From the IMG/VR virus record IMGVR_UViG_3300036829_000104, positions 1 through 64,000 of that record: a stretch of DNA of 64,000 nt. One strand, 5' to 3'. Position numbers and translations under genes: made by a program. The first letter of the stretch is position 1. The number at the start of each line of letters is the position of its first letter. The notes under the pieces are model-generated. The model was not told the DNA's origin. It saw nothing but the letters and a program-made list of their open reading frames with translations, and did no database searches. Positions 21,483-32,218 of the stretch are shown piece by piece. This stretch comes from a virus.

Positions 21483-22465
21483 GCCGCGCTCCTCAGCTCG
21501 TTCTGGCGGTTCTTCAGCACGTCGCCGAGCTCGTTGGCGATCTCGGGGGTGACGGTCTTGTCCTTGACGGCGCGGGCCAGTTCGAGCTTCAGCCCGCGGA
21601 TGTCCTCGTAGCTCCCGGCGCCGCCGGCACGGCCGGTGAAGTCGACAGCCCAGGCGGACTCGCCGTCGCCGGCGTCCTGCGCGGGTTCCGCGCCGTCCGC
21701 GGGCTGCTGCTGCGCCTGCCGTGCCCGGCCGCGCAGTTCCGCGACGCGGGCGTCGATCGCCCGGCGGATCTCGTTAGCGCGCTCCGCCTCGAGCGCGCCC
21801 CGGTCGTAAAGCTGAGTCACCTCGTCCTTGATGGCGATCACGTCGTCCGGTGTGGCGATCTCCGCGACCTTCACGTCCCAGTCGCCGAGGTCTTGGCCTG
21901 CCGGGCGCTTCGGCTCCTGTCGGCGTTCCTGCTGCGATCCGGCACCGTCCGCGGCCTTCTCGCGGGGCTTCCACTGCCGCTGCTGCCCGTTGCCGTCCGG
22001 GCGCGGCCCCGAGGCGTTGTCGAACGCGCTGGATGCCGACTGCTGCCAGCCCTGCTGCGCCGCGCCGGCGTCATCATCCTCGCCGTCCGGGTGGACTCCC
22101 GTGGCCGCACAGAGGCAGTACCGGCGGGCGTAGGTGATCGCGGATCCGACTTCCCGCGGCCCGGTGCTGCGGGGATCGGGCAGCGGGTAGAACCCCTCGT
22201 CAGACTCGCCTGACTCGTGCCGCAGCGTGTACACCAGGACGAAGGCCCCGTCCGCCATGGTCGGCTTGCTGGTGAACGACAGCCCGAACGACCCGAGCAG
22301 CGGTATTACCACCTGGCTGATGTCGGCAAGGTCGGCGTACTTGTAGCTGTAGCCCTGCGCCCCGTTCTTGCCGGGGATCTTCGCGGTCTCGCCCTTGGTG
22401 ATCCTGGGCAGCTTCGCCTGCAGTTTCGCCAGCGCCGCGTTCAGTTCCGGTGTTCCGTCGCTCAC
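21479..22465 (-). CDS. erf: ERF-family ssDNA annealing protein
   Basis: YSYKYADLAD, LRHESGE, GSAITYARRY, EDDDA. Confidence 0.9.
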   Translation of the reverse strand: MSDGTPELNAALAKLQAKLPRITKGETAKIPGKNGAQGYSYKYADLADISQVVIPLLGSFGLSFTSKPTMADGAFVLVYTLRHESGESDEGFYPLPDPRSTGPREVGSAITYARRYCLCAATGVHPDGEDDDAGAAQQGWQQSASSAFDNASGPRPDGNGQQRQWKPREKAADGAGSQQERRQEPKRPAGQDLGDWDVKVAEIATPDDVIAIKDEVTQLYDRGALEAERANEIRRAIDARVAELRGRARQAQQQPADGAEPAQDAGDGESAWAVDFTGRAGGAGSYEDIRGLKLELARAVKDKTVTPEIANELGDVLKNRQNELRSAA

Positions 22466-24385
22466 AGCGCACTCCCCGATGTCGTGAGGCCGGTAAGGTC
22501 CGCGACGATCCGCCGCTCGGCGTCGTCGGGGGCGGCGTAGGTGATCGCGGCCCAGGTGTCGTCCCGGTCTCCGGCGTCCCGGACGAGCCCGGCGAATGCG
22601 TTCATATAGATCGCGAATGCGGTGGCGTCGTCCGGAGCCTGCTCGACGCGGCGGAACGCGTCGCCGAGGTTCACCGAGATCTCGTCGCGGAGCGACATCT
22701 CCTCCGGATCGGCCCCGTCGGCGACGAGCGCCCCGTAGACGGCGGTGTCGATGATGGCCTGCAGCCGCTGGACGAGCGCACTGCGGCGGCGAGGGGCGGT
22801 CGTGACGGTCATGCGGCACCCCCGATCGGCATGGCCCACATGGCGGGCTGCTCGAACCGGCTGGTGGTGCCGGTGATCCGGCCCATGCGGCGCAGCAGCT
22901 CGGCGTAGTCGGCGCCGGTGGCGCTGCCGTCGCATGCCGGGTAGGCGAGCTTCTCGATCCGCGCCCCGGCCGCCTCAGCGCGCCGTTCCCGGACCTGCGG
23001 GGAGGCCATCGGGATCTCGCGGGGCAGCGGCCGGATGCGCGGGCCCGGCGCGTCCTCGCGGACCCGCTGCGTCTCGGTGTGCGCGGGGCCGTCGAACGGG
23101 TGCTGGCCCTTCAGCGCGGTGCGCAGCCTCGCGAGCACCTCGGGCGTGGCCTTCGCCCACTCCGGGGCGGAGGGTCCGAACACGGCCTGCGCGTCCGCGA
23201 GGCCCGGGATCTCGCCCGTGTCGCGGAGCGGGTCCGGCTGCGGCCCGTCGGGAACATTCCGGAGATCGTCCGCGATCGTGAGCGCGGTGTCCGGGTCGAA
23301 CTGGTGGCGGCCGCGCCTGCAGCTGCGGGGCAGGAGCGAGATGGTCACGCGGCGGCCCTCCGCTCCGTGATGAAGCGCCGCCACTCGGCGGTCAGGGTGT
23401 CATACTCGCCATCGGATCGGCCCCATGTGGCGGCAGCGGCCTGAAATCCGAGATCCGCCGCCCAGGCATCGATCGCATCCTCCTCAAGGAGACCGCTGAT
23501 CGCGGCGGCGCGAGCGTGGTAGGGCGCCTGCCCGCAGTCGTGGGCCCCCTCGGCGTCCTCCAGCGGGCAGCGCTGTCCGAGGATGCACATGCCGCCGTGG
23601 CCGAGGTCCAGCGCCTCCAGGTCGATCGCCCGCTCGACGCCGGGCTTCCACCAGTCCGGGTCGTGCTCGTCGAGGAACTGCGCGCCCTTCGCGACGCGTT
23701 CGGCGATGGTGATCATGCCGCCACCGCCGTCTCCGGCCGGATGTTCCCGAGGTAGGACATGACGGCGCTGTGCTCGTCCATCACCTTGCTGCTGACCGCG
23801 GTGGCGGCGTAGGTGACGCCGCCGCCGAAGTGGCGCACCGCCTTGTAGACGCCGCCGGCGCCGGTCGGGTCCAGGGCGGTGACGCCGAGGATGTCCGCGA
23901 TCCAGTCGACCTTGGCGCGGTTCTCCTCGTCGGTGCCGTCGTAGACGCGGTAGTCGAACGCGCTGCCGGTCTTGCTGAGCGGCAGGTCCGGGTGCGTTTC
24001 GAGGAACGCGGCGAGGTTTTCCAGGCCGCGGATGGCGTCGGCGTGCCGTATGCCGATGCCGATGGTCGCGAGTGTCATCGCGGTATCTCTCCTGTCTCGG
24101 TTACCATGTGTGCTGGCGGTATCTCTCCGCCCTGGCCGACTCGTGTCGGCCCCGGCCCCGGTGTTCGCCCACCGGGGCCTACTCATGCCGCCCTGTTGAG
24201 GGCGCGGTCTTGCTTGGCCCGGTACTGCCGCTCGATCGCCTCGGCTGACCCGGCCGGATGGCCCGGCCAGTACGCGGCGCCGGCGACGGCCCGAGCGCCT
24301 TCGGAGCAGGCGAGCGCGTCCCGTTCGGCGGAGGCGTCCCGGAGGATCCTCGCCGCGGCGGTGATGGCCTCGTCCCGGGTGATCA

Positions 24386-24706
24386 TCAGGCGGCCTCGGC
24401 CTCGGCCGGCTCGGGCTGGTCGTCCTCGGCTGCCTCGCCCTGCGCTGCGCCGAGCTCGCGCATGATCGCGCTGACCGGCACGCGGAGGTTGCGGGCGATG
24501 GTGTTGAGTGTGGTGACCCGCGCGCTGGAGACCTCGCGCTCGATGAGCGAGAGGGTTCCCTGCCGGATGCCGACCGCCGCGGCGAGGGCCTGCTGAGACC
24601 AGCCGTCCTTCTCGCGGAGGGCCTTGATCGACGGCCCGTTCTGCCGGGGCGGTCCTGTCCGGCGGAGAGCGGCGCGGGACTTGATGTCCTCTTGTGTCCC
24701 TTCCAT
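24386..24706 (-). CDS. Cro-like XRE HTH protein
   Basis: IKALREKDGWSQQALAAAVGIRQGTLSLIE; heads the leftward early operon. Confidence 0.85.
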   Translation of the reverse strand: MEGTQEDIKSRAALRRTGPPRQNGPSIKALREKDGWSQQALAAAVGIRQGTLSLIEREVSSARVTTLNTIARNLRVPVSAIMRELGAAQGEAAEDDQPEPAEAEAA

Positions 24707-24770
24707 AAAGGACACAATAACCGTATAGGGATCATTAGGCAAGTGCTACCGGGCCACTGAGGGACATGAA
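24685..24770. promoter_or_regulatory. Immunity switch operators
   Basis: TTGTGTCC...GGACACAA inverted repeat and further GGACA half-sites between divergent HTH genes. Confidence 0.55.
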
Positions 24771-24923
24771 GTGCCAAAGCGTATAGCGATCAATGCTCTA
24801 CGGCCCTCTGACCTGCGTACGTGCCGCTAGGGGCATTGGTGGTACCGTCGGCATGTCGAAAGTTGACGCGGCGTGAATGCGTCGGTCACGATGAGGATCT
24901 GAGCGGCCATAGACGGGACCCAA

Positions 24924-25532
24924 ATGGACAGCACGTACCCGCCCGAAGCGTGGCGGCGCCTGGGCAAGGACCTGGAACGCCGCCGCGCACAGCTCGGCTA
25001 CGGCTACCGCCAGCGCGAGGACTTCCTCCGCGACCGCGGCGGGCCGCCGCCGTCAGTCAAGACCATCGGCCGGCTAGAGCGCGGAGAGCGCCACGGCTAC
25101 CCTGAATCCACGATCACCCTCCTCGAGCAGATGTACAGCGTCGAGCCGGGATCATTCGAGACCGTGCTGCGCGGCGGCAGCCTCGAGCCGCTGTCCGCCA
25201 CGGAAAGCACCAGCGACCCGTCCCTGCAGGCCGCCCGTGCCCGCGCGGACACCTCCGACCCGGGCACCGCCCCCGACGTGCTGTTCCCCGGCGACCCGGT
25301 CCGCCAGGACATGTGGCGGGTGATCACCGACCAGGCCATGCCCGCGGACGAGAAGCTTGCCGCCGTCGCCGGCCCTGCGCTGTTCCCCCAGGATCGCGCC
25401 AAGCAGGCCATCGTGGCAGCCGACATCATCGGCCGCGAGAAGCCGGCCGAGATGGCGGCGAAGATCCGGGTCCTGGACCGCATGCGCGACCGGACGCGGG
25501 AGAGGGCCGGGCACAGCGAACAATCCGCGTAA
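24924..25532 (+). CDS. Immunity repressor-like HTH protein
   Basis: WRRLGKDLERRRAQLGY...SVKTIGRLERG; divergent from Cro. Confidence 0.75.
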   Translation: MDSTYPPEAWRRLGKDLERRRAQLGYGYRQREDFLRDRGGPPPSVKTIGRLERGERHGYPESTITLLEQMYSVEPGSFETVLRGGSLEPLSATESTSDPSLQAARARADTSDPGTAPDVLFPGDPVRQDMWRVITDQAMPADEKLAAVAGPALFPQDRAKQAIVAADIIGREKPAEMAAKIRVLDRMRDRTRERAGHSEQSA

Positions 25533-25993
25533 GTCCCCTTGCCCGGACTGTAGCAAACATGTAACCCTATGAAGATCCGGTAAACCCGGACAACCCCGAA
25601 CACGTCGCTTATGACGGGGAGTATCGCAGGCAAACTGCCAACCATGACGCCGCCCCGGGACCTCGGCGGCAATCCCGCTACCGCGCACGAGGGGACTACC
25701 TCCATGCCCTCCGACCCCGCCGATCCCGCACCCCTCGCCGAGCACGTCGCCTTCGCCGGGGCCCTGTACAGCCAGGCCGTCCGGCTGTGCGGCACGAGTC
25801 CCCAGCCGCAGCCCGTCGAGTTCGCCGTCCTGGCCGATGCGATGAGGACCCTCGCCGACGCGCTCCGCGGCGCCATCCCGTCCGCCGAGGCGCTTGCCGA
25901 GTCGTACGCCTCCGGGTGGGACGGCTGCGAGGAGGCGATCGCCGCGCTCGCCGCCGAGGAGGACCCGCCCGGGCGGCACCTGCGCCGCGTCAG

Positions 25994-26702
25994 CTAGAGC
26001 CGGGCGATCATCTCGCCGAGCCCGCCGCCCCCCGGCAGGGGCGCGACCTCCGATGACACCACCCGCATCCCGGCCGCCTCCGCCCACCCCTCCACCGTCT
26101 CGGGCGCGTGCCGGCGCATGGTTATCCCCATCCCGGCGAACGCGTCCGTCGCCGCCTGCGGGGCACCTGGCATCGCCGTGCTGGTGACCAGCCACGACCC
26201 GGGCGGCATCAGCCGTCCGTAGGCGGCGAAGATCTCCGCGCCCTCGTCTGCCGGCCAGAAATGGGCCGCCATCCGGATGTGGCAGCACCATGGCCCCGGC
26301 GAGTCCGCGATCACCGGGTGCGCGAGCAGTTCCCCGGGCCGCGACGCCCACCCCTCGATCGCGTGCACCCGCGGATGGCTGGGCCGCACCGCCTGGCGGA
26401 TCAGGACCGCCTGCGGGTTCGGGTCGGCGAACACGTGCGTGCCGTGCAGCACCTTGCCCCGCGTCGTCACGTGCGGTTCCGGGTCGGCGGGCAGTCCCGC
26501 CGGGGCGTGCACCACCGTGCTGGTCCCGTGCCTGAGCGCGCGGACCGTGGCCTGCCGGTGGAACTCGCGGGCATGCCGCACCGCGGCGGCCGTGCCGGGC
26601 GCCATCGCCTCGATCCGGGCGGCGATCTCCCGGTCCTCGGGGTTAGCCCACCTCGAGGCCGCCCACGCGGCGTACAGGCGGCCGCAGTCGGTCGGCTCCA
26701 TC
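25994..26702 (-). CDS. Degenerate actinobacterial SAM-dependent methyltransferase (Methyltransf_19-like)
   Basis: DREIAARI..PG....REFHRQA, AGLP, PPGSWLV; SAM motif degenerate (HAPAGLP). Confidence 0.6.
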
Positions 26703-27086
26703 GGCGGATTTTCTCCTGTCACAACACTGATATCAGTCAATACAGCGCTGCCGGGGACACTGGTGTCACACGGTCGCCAGCAGCGCACTAGGGCGGCGGC
26801 AACCGTGCCGTGCCTCGCAAAACAACCCTACTGCCGGGTAATCTCTCGTATCACACCGGCCCCGGCCGGGACCGGAACGCACCGGCGCACACGCCTTACG
26901 CCGCACGGGTTTGGCGAGGATGCGGCGCGAGCTCGGCGTGCTGCAAGACCGGATGGTGCCGTACCCGTTGCAGGGCGGCCAACTGCGTGAGGTCGTGGCA
27001 GGGCTGCGGCGGGGGCGGTAGGCGGCACCCGGGCACAGCGAGGGGCCGCGCACCTGCAAGGTGCGCGGCCCCTCCGTCGCGTTCGG

Positions 27087-27497
27087 TCAGGCTCGTTTGA
27101 CCGGGGCATACAGGGCGTTGTCCGCCACGTCCCACTTGCCGGCGATCTGCCAGCCGTGCTCGCGCAGCACGCGCTCGGCATCGGCCTCTATCACGCCGAG
27201 GACATCCTCGTGGTCGGTACGGATCTCGGTCTCGGCCTGCATGACCGCCGTGTCGGTGAGGTTTCCCTCGGCGTCGTTGATGATGACGGACGCGTCGCAG
27301 AATTCGCCCGCGACCACGTCGGAAGCCGTGCCGATTGCTGCCGTGTAGGTCATTTCCCGCTCCAGTTTCTCCTCGATCGCCTGGCTGATGAACTTGTTGA
27401 CCGGCATCTCCGTGCGCTCCAGGTGCGCGGCCAGCCGTTCCCGCACCGCCTCGGGGGGACGGACGCGGAACGGGGGGTGCTTGTGCTGGCTAGGCAT
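27087..27497 (-). CDS. RHH regulator fused to an acidic C-domain (cassette 1)
   Basis: MPSQHKHPPFRVRPPEAVRERL...VNKFISQAIEEKL. Confidence 0.75.
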   Translation of the reverse strand: MPSQHKHPPFRVRPPEAVRERLAAHLERTEMPVNKFISQAIEEKLEREMTYTAAIGTASDVVAGEFCDASVIINDAEGNLTDTAVMQAETEIRTDHEDVLGVIEADAERVLREHGWQIAGKWDVADNALYAPVKRA

Positions 27498-27798
27498 CGG
27501 CTGTATGAGCATTGCCGGTGATCGAGACCCTGACGTCCCCGGGGAGCGTCGCCTCCACGGTGCCCTGGGCCAGCCAGTCGGTCCAGGAGAACTCGCCGCC
27601 GATGAGCTCGGCCCAGCGCTGCAGCATAGCCCGCATCTTGTCCTCGAAGTCGTCGTGGCGGTACTGGCCGACGATGACCATCTGGCACGCTGCGGGCTGC
27701 CCGACTTTCCTGCCTGACCATCCGATGTCGTCCGCGCACAGCTCCGGGTCATCCTGCTGGAGGGCTTCCGGCAGGTCCGCCATGGTCATGTTGCTCAT
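27490..27798 (-). CDS. Hypothetical, first gene of cassette 1
   Basis: RBS and promoter upstream; overlaps the RHH gene. Confidence 0.65.
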   Translation of the reverse strand: MSNMTMADLPEALQQDDPELCADDIGWSGRKVGQPAACQMVIVGQYRHDDFEDKMRAMLQRWAELIGGEFSWTDWLAQGTVEATLPGDVRVSITGNAHTADA

Positions 27799-27816
27799 TT
27801 CCCGCCCCGTTCTCTC

Positions 27817-27857
27817 GGTGGTGGGTCCACCATAACAAGGTGGTAGGACCACCGCAA
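27817..27857 (-). promoter_or_regulatory. Promoter with two GGTGG-N5-CCACC operators
   Basis: Palindromes at 27817-27831 and 27839-27853; TTGCGG-N17-TATGGT. Confidence 0.75.
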
Positions 27858-29289
27858 GAGGGAATCCCTCACGGGAGGGAAACAGGCTCCACCGTCACCG
27901 ACGCGCCGGCCGCACCGTCACGCGCACGCCCTTCCCGTCACCGATCGCCCTGCATGATCGCCGCCGCGACATTCATCCCTCCGCCACCCGCAGCCCGACG
28001 GCCGCGAACCCGGCCGCCGACGTGGACCGGAACTCGTTGTCGTCCGCGCCGCCCCGCGCCCCTTCCATCGGGTACACGTCCGCCCACCAGCGGGACAGGG
28101 CGTCACGGACCGCGTCGTCCTGTCCGGGGGTGAGGCTCCGCAGCCACCGGTCCAGTTCGGCCTCGTCGAGGCCGTACCTTGCGGCGTACGTGTCGTCCGG
28201 GTGGCCTGATGCGCGGGCATCGGATGCCGCCACCGCCCATTCGCCCCACAGGGCGGCCCGGAACGTGCCGTCGGCGTCGACGGCGAAGATGCTGGCGGAG
28301 AGCTGCTCACCGCCGACGACCTCCGTCAGCGCGTCCGCCCACGCGAGCGGGACCGGCAGCATGGCTGCCAGTTCGGCGCCCTGGAGCTCCCGTCGCGCGG
28401 TCAGCTCCAGTTTCGCCTGCACGGACAGGCTGCCGGTACCCACGCGGGCGAGAATCGTGCGTTCCCGGCGGGACGCGAGCCATGCGCCCAGCTCTGGGCC
28501 GCTCCAGAACCGGGCGAGGATGCTGCCCGTGTCGGTGCTCGCGGCGTTTTCGCCAGTGTCAGTCACGGTGAAGTCTCCTCAGGCGGCGCGGCCGGTGACG
28601 GTGGTCCGCGACGTGTCACCGTCGTTGGTCCACTCGCCGACCGTGAAGCCGAGGATGTCCCGGATGGCCTCGGTGGCGCGCTCCATCCCGAGCTCCTCCT
28701 CGCCCCACGGCTCGACCGAGGTGGCGTTGGAGAGGGAGCCGTCGGCGCCGGTAATGAGCTCCCACCGCGCGTCGTTGTCGGTCCAGTCGCCGGTCTCGAC
28801 CGCGATTTCGCCGGTGATCACGTTGGCGGTGATCTTGATCTCGAGGCTGGTGTTCATGTCCCGCTCCTGATGTCGTTCCGTCCTGACATCTCGACTATGG
28901 CATACCTGGAACAGTTTGTGCCACAAAAATCGGGGAGCGTGACCTACTCGTTATAAATACCGGGGCTACACCGGCTGCACATCGAGCCGCGCCCCCGGCA
29001 TTGCCGCCCACTCGCCGCAGGCAGCCAGCCCCAGCACCACGGCCTCCGTCAGCGACGGTGCCCGCACCACCATCCCGACCTCGGCCTTCTCCGCGCTGAA
29101 CGCCGCGATCACGCCCTTGCCCTGCGGCGCGTCCCCGGGGCCCAGCGTCTCACCGGCGTGCGGCACTGTCAGCACCACCTCGAACGCCAGCAGCGGGCGC
29201 GGCACGGCAATGTCGGGGAACAGCGGGGCGAGGGTGTCATCAGCCATGCCCGCACGGTAGCGCGCACTGCCGACATTCCGGCACCGCCG

Positions 29290-29475
29290 TCATTCTGAGT
29301 CGGGCTGGGTCTTCCGCCGGGGGTCGTCGCCGAGCTCGCGGTCGATGAATTCGAGGAGCGCGCGCCTCACGATCGACGCGAGCGGCACCTCATACCGCTG
29401 CCGCTTCCGGATCGTCTCCAGGTCCTCACGCATGGGCTCGTCGAGGCGCAAATTGAACCCCTTCTTGGGCGGCAT
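29290..29475 (-). CDS. RHH regulator
   Basis: KGFNLRLDEPMREDLE...LASIVRRALLEFI. Confidence 0.7.
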   Translation of the reverse strand: MPPKKGFNLRLDEPMREDLETIRKRQRYEVPLASIVRRALLEFIDRELGDDPRRKTQPDSE

Positions 29476-29611
29476 GCGGGAACCTTACAGAAGCCCGCAG
29501 TTACCCCCATCGGCGGGTTACGCAGCGTATCACGATGCACCCGGCGTAGTGCGAAAGTTGTGACAACCCGTGATGTTGTGACTACGCCTCGAAGACTGCC
29601 CCCAAACGCAG

Positions 29612-29646
29612 CGCCCCCCGGAAGACCGTCATCTTCCGGGGGGCGC
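29612..29646. terminator. Intrinsic terminator hairpin
   Basis: GCGCCCCCCGGAAGA / TCTTCCGGGGGGCGC, 15-bp perfect stem. Confidence 0.75.
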
Positions 29647-29807
29647 GGTTTTAGCGGTGAGAGGGCCGCCTCCGGGCGCGGCCAAGCATGCGCGCCATCA
29701 TGCGCTCACGCCCCCTTCAACTGGTCCTCAACACGCCACCAGAGCCGCACGGAGGGTGCCCGGCTCCCGCAGATCCCGGAGGCGGTACGCACGCACCTGC
29801 CAGCCCC

Positions 29808-30254
29808 CTATCCTGCCGCCTCGGCCTGCAGGCCACCGTGATCGGTAGCACCCCAGATCCGGTACTGGACGTAGTCGTTACACCACAGGCATGACCACGC
29901 GAGATTTTCGACGGCATTCAAGCCGCCGCTGACTCGCATAACGAGATGTTCAAGCGAGCCGATTCGCCTGCCGACAGCGTCCCACGGTAGCGGCCGGCCA
30001 TCTACGCCAGACGGACGCGGTTCAAGAGCCAGCGAGTTGCAGTAGACACAACGTCCCCGTGCTTTCTCCAGCACGCTCCAGACGTCCCCAGCGGTCAGCT
30101 TGGCAGCCGTCTCCGACGGGGAACGCTTACGGTTGGCCGTCTTTGCCTTCCGGGCACACCACGCCAGACGTTCAGCTTCTGCCGTCCGCTCGAGGTAGTC
30201 GGCCCAGCTGGTGAACCCGCTAGCGGGTGCGCCGTCTGCAAGCGTGAACTTCAC
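29808..30254 (-). CDS. HNH endonuclease
   Basis: GRCVYC...LEHL...GGLNAVENLAWSCLWCN; lower GC. Confidence 0.85.
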   Translation of the reverse strand: MKFTLADGAPASGFTSWADYLERTAEAERLAWCARKAKTANRKRSPSETAAKLTAGDVWSVLEKARGRCVYCNSLALEPRPSGVDGRPLPWDAVGRRIGSLEHLVMRVSGGLNAVENLAWSCLWCNDYVQYRIWGATDHGGLQAEAAG

Positions 30255-30721
30255 GGCTCTAGCCCCTCGAACAGGTCCCAGCGGATCAGGCGCTTAGCCA
30301 GCGTCTCGCCCGGGGTCACATGCGCGGCGGCCAGGGCGTCCCGGATGAGCTTGGCGGCGTAGTCCTCGGCCTCACGGGCGCCCGCCGCATCGATGGCGAG
30401 ATCGACGGACAGGGCGTGAGCGTCAAGAGTGCTCTGGCCGACCCCCGCACCGGCCTCGGCGGGGAACAGGCCCTCGATGCGGACGCAGAGGTCCGGACCG
30501 GGGATGTCCACGGTGAGAATGTCAGCCTCGTACTGGAAGGCGGTCATGCCCATCCCCACTCCGGCTTCGCGGTTCTCGTTACGGTCCAAGTAGTCGGCTA
30601 GGGCTTCGGTGATGATGGCGTTCACACGCCGCTCAGTCCGCTCTGCGAAAGCACGAAGCCGCTCGCGCACGTCCTCGGGAGGGCGATACGCGAGCGGCGG
30701 GTGCTTGTGCTTACTGGGCAT
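30251..30721 (-). CDS. RHH regulator fused to an unrelated C-domain (cassette 2)
   Basis: MPSKHKHPPLAYRPPEDVRERL...VNAIITEALADYL; N-terminus paralogous to 27497. Confidence 0.75.
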   Translation of the reverse strand: MPSKHKHPPLAYRPPEDVRERLRAFAERTERRVNAIITEALADYLDRNENREAGVGMGMTAFQYEADILTVDIPGPDLCVRIEGLFPAEAGAGVGQSTLDAHALSVDLAIDAAGAREAEDYAAKLIRDALAAAHVTPGETLAKRLIRWDLFEGLEP

Positions 30722-30722
30722 C

Positions 30723-30932
30723 TCAGTTCTCGGACTTCCCGTTGCCGAAGGACGCGGGGCGGACGAGCGACCCGGCAGGTGGGTTGACGATGAAGCGCCC
30801 GCTGGTCTCCGCCGAGATGGCGCGGGCGATGTCGCATGCGTTCCCGTAGTCGGGGACCTGCGCGATGGTGACCGGCTCACTCTTGCGGTAGCAGACTTCG
30901 GCGGTGTGCTGGTCGCTGGTGATGGTGAACAT
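30723..30932 (-). CDS. Hypothetical, first gene of cassette 2
   Basis: Same leader sequence as 27798. Confidence 0.6.
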   Translation of the reverse strand: MFTITSDQHTAEVCYRKSEPVTIAQVPDYGNACDIARAISAETSGRFIVNPPAGSLVRPASFGNGKSEN

Positions 30933-30950
30933 TTCCCGTCCCGTTCTCTT

Positions 30951-30992
30951 GGTGGTAATACCACCTTACTTGGTGGCACTACCACCTGTCAA
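30951..30992 (-). promoter_or_regulatory. Promoter with two GGTGG-N5-CCACC operators
   Basis: Palindromes at 30951-30965 and 30972-30986; TTGACA-N18-TAAGGT. Confidence 0.8.
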
Positions 30993-31028
30993 GCCGGGGA
31001 GTGTCCCTGCCGAAGTTGCGTGATGCAA

Positions 31029-31430
31029 CTAGCGGACGAGAGTCGCATCCACGAAACGCTGCACAGGCTCGAAAAGCCCGTGCGGGACATACTCGGACAG
31101 CTCGCCGATCCGCACGAACTCCACCCGGTCATGCTCCTCCGGGTCGCCGATGTGCGGCGTCCCCGCGATCACGTCGCACGCCACATAGGACATGTGCCTC
31201 TTTGTGGCGGGGTGAATCCTGGAGCCCAGAAGCTGCCGCGCCTCCACGGTCAGGCCCGTCTCCTCCAGCGTCTCGCGGACCGCGGCCTCCTCGACCGATT
31301 CGCCCGGCTCGACACCGCCGCCAGGTAGTGCCCAGAGGACCGTCCCCTCCTGCTCCCGCCGCCGGGCCAGCAGCAGCCTGCCGTCCTGCACGATGACGGC
31401 GGATGCGATCGCGGGCTTGGCTTCAGACAT
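31029..31430 (-). CDS. Nudix hydrolase (Pif/MutT-like)
   Basis: Intact Nudix box GGGVEPGESVEEAAVRETLEETGL. Confidence 0.93.
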   Translation of the reverse strand: MSEAKPAIASAVIVQDGRLLLARRREQEGTVLWALPGGGVEPGESVEEAAVRETLEETGLTVEARQLLGSRIHPATKRHMSYVACDVIAGTPHIGDPEEHDRVEFVRIGELSEYVPHGLFEPVQRFVDATLVR

Positions 31431-32061
31431 GCTGGCCCTCCAGAGCCTCTAGGACCGGCGGGAAGATGCTCCCGCGCGGGATGTGCTGTTCGATCTCGGC
31501 CGCCGGCGCCCACATGACGCCGGCGTTCTCGTCCTCATCCTTGTTGACCGGCTCGCCGCTCACCCATGAGCATGCGAAGTACTCGCACCGGACGCCCGTG
31601 ACGGGATGAACCCTGCCGCCCAGGTGCTCCGTTACCGAGCATTCGACGCCCGTCTCTGCGAGCGTCTCCCGGACCGCAGTCACCGCCGGGTCGGCGCCGG
31701 TCTTCACAGTCCCGCAAGGGAAGCCCACCCGGATACCGCTGTTGTCGTCCCTCCGCCGCACCAGCAGCACGTCCGGGCCGCGCGTGACGATCGCCATCGC
31801 CACCCGGTACATCTGCGGGCCGACCGGGTTCTCCGGGCTGGACAGCTCCCCGAACCGCGACCGCTCCGCCGGCGACGCGGCGGCGTACGCCCGGTCCAGT
31901 GCCCGCTGTTGCGCGGCCCGCGGCCTGGTGCCAGGCTGCTCGGCCCATCCGGCGACGGTACGCGGGGCGACCTGAAGGCGTGCGGCGAAGCCCTCGGTGG
32001 TCACGCGCAGGGCAATGCGCAGGGCCGTCGCGTCCTGTCCAGTCCACGTCCGGCCTGCCAT
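31423..32061 (-). CDS. HTH-Nudix fusion (degenerate Nudix box)
   Basis: ALRIALRVTTEGFAARLQVAPRTVAGW HTH; CGTVKTGADPAVTAVRETLAETGV. Confidence 0.85.
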   Translation of the reverse strand: MAGRTWTGQDATALRIALRVTTEGFAARLQVAPRTVAGWAEQPGTRPRAAQQRALDRAYAAASPAERSRFGELSSPENPVGPQMYRVAMAIVTRGPDVLLVRRRDDNSGIRVGFPCGTVKTGADPAVTAVRETLAETGVECSVTEHLGGRVHPVTGVRCEYFACSWVSGEPVNKDEDENAGVMWAPAAEIEQHIPRGSIFPPVLEALEGQHV

Positions 32062-32218
32062 CTGGTTACCGCCTCAAACTGCAATGGTTCCGCATGGTGA
32101 TCATCGCCGCCGCGCGTTTGACTTAGCGGCATGAGCCCGCAAGAACGCCGACGGCTCGCCGCGGCCCTCGATGTCATCGAGACGCGCCTCGAAGCTGTTG
32201 AGCGCGGCGTTGCCGACC

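Noticed and set aside
26790-27080. Possible small gene or RNA between the methyltransferase and cassette 1
   Set aside because: No convincing start, RBS, motif or structure.
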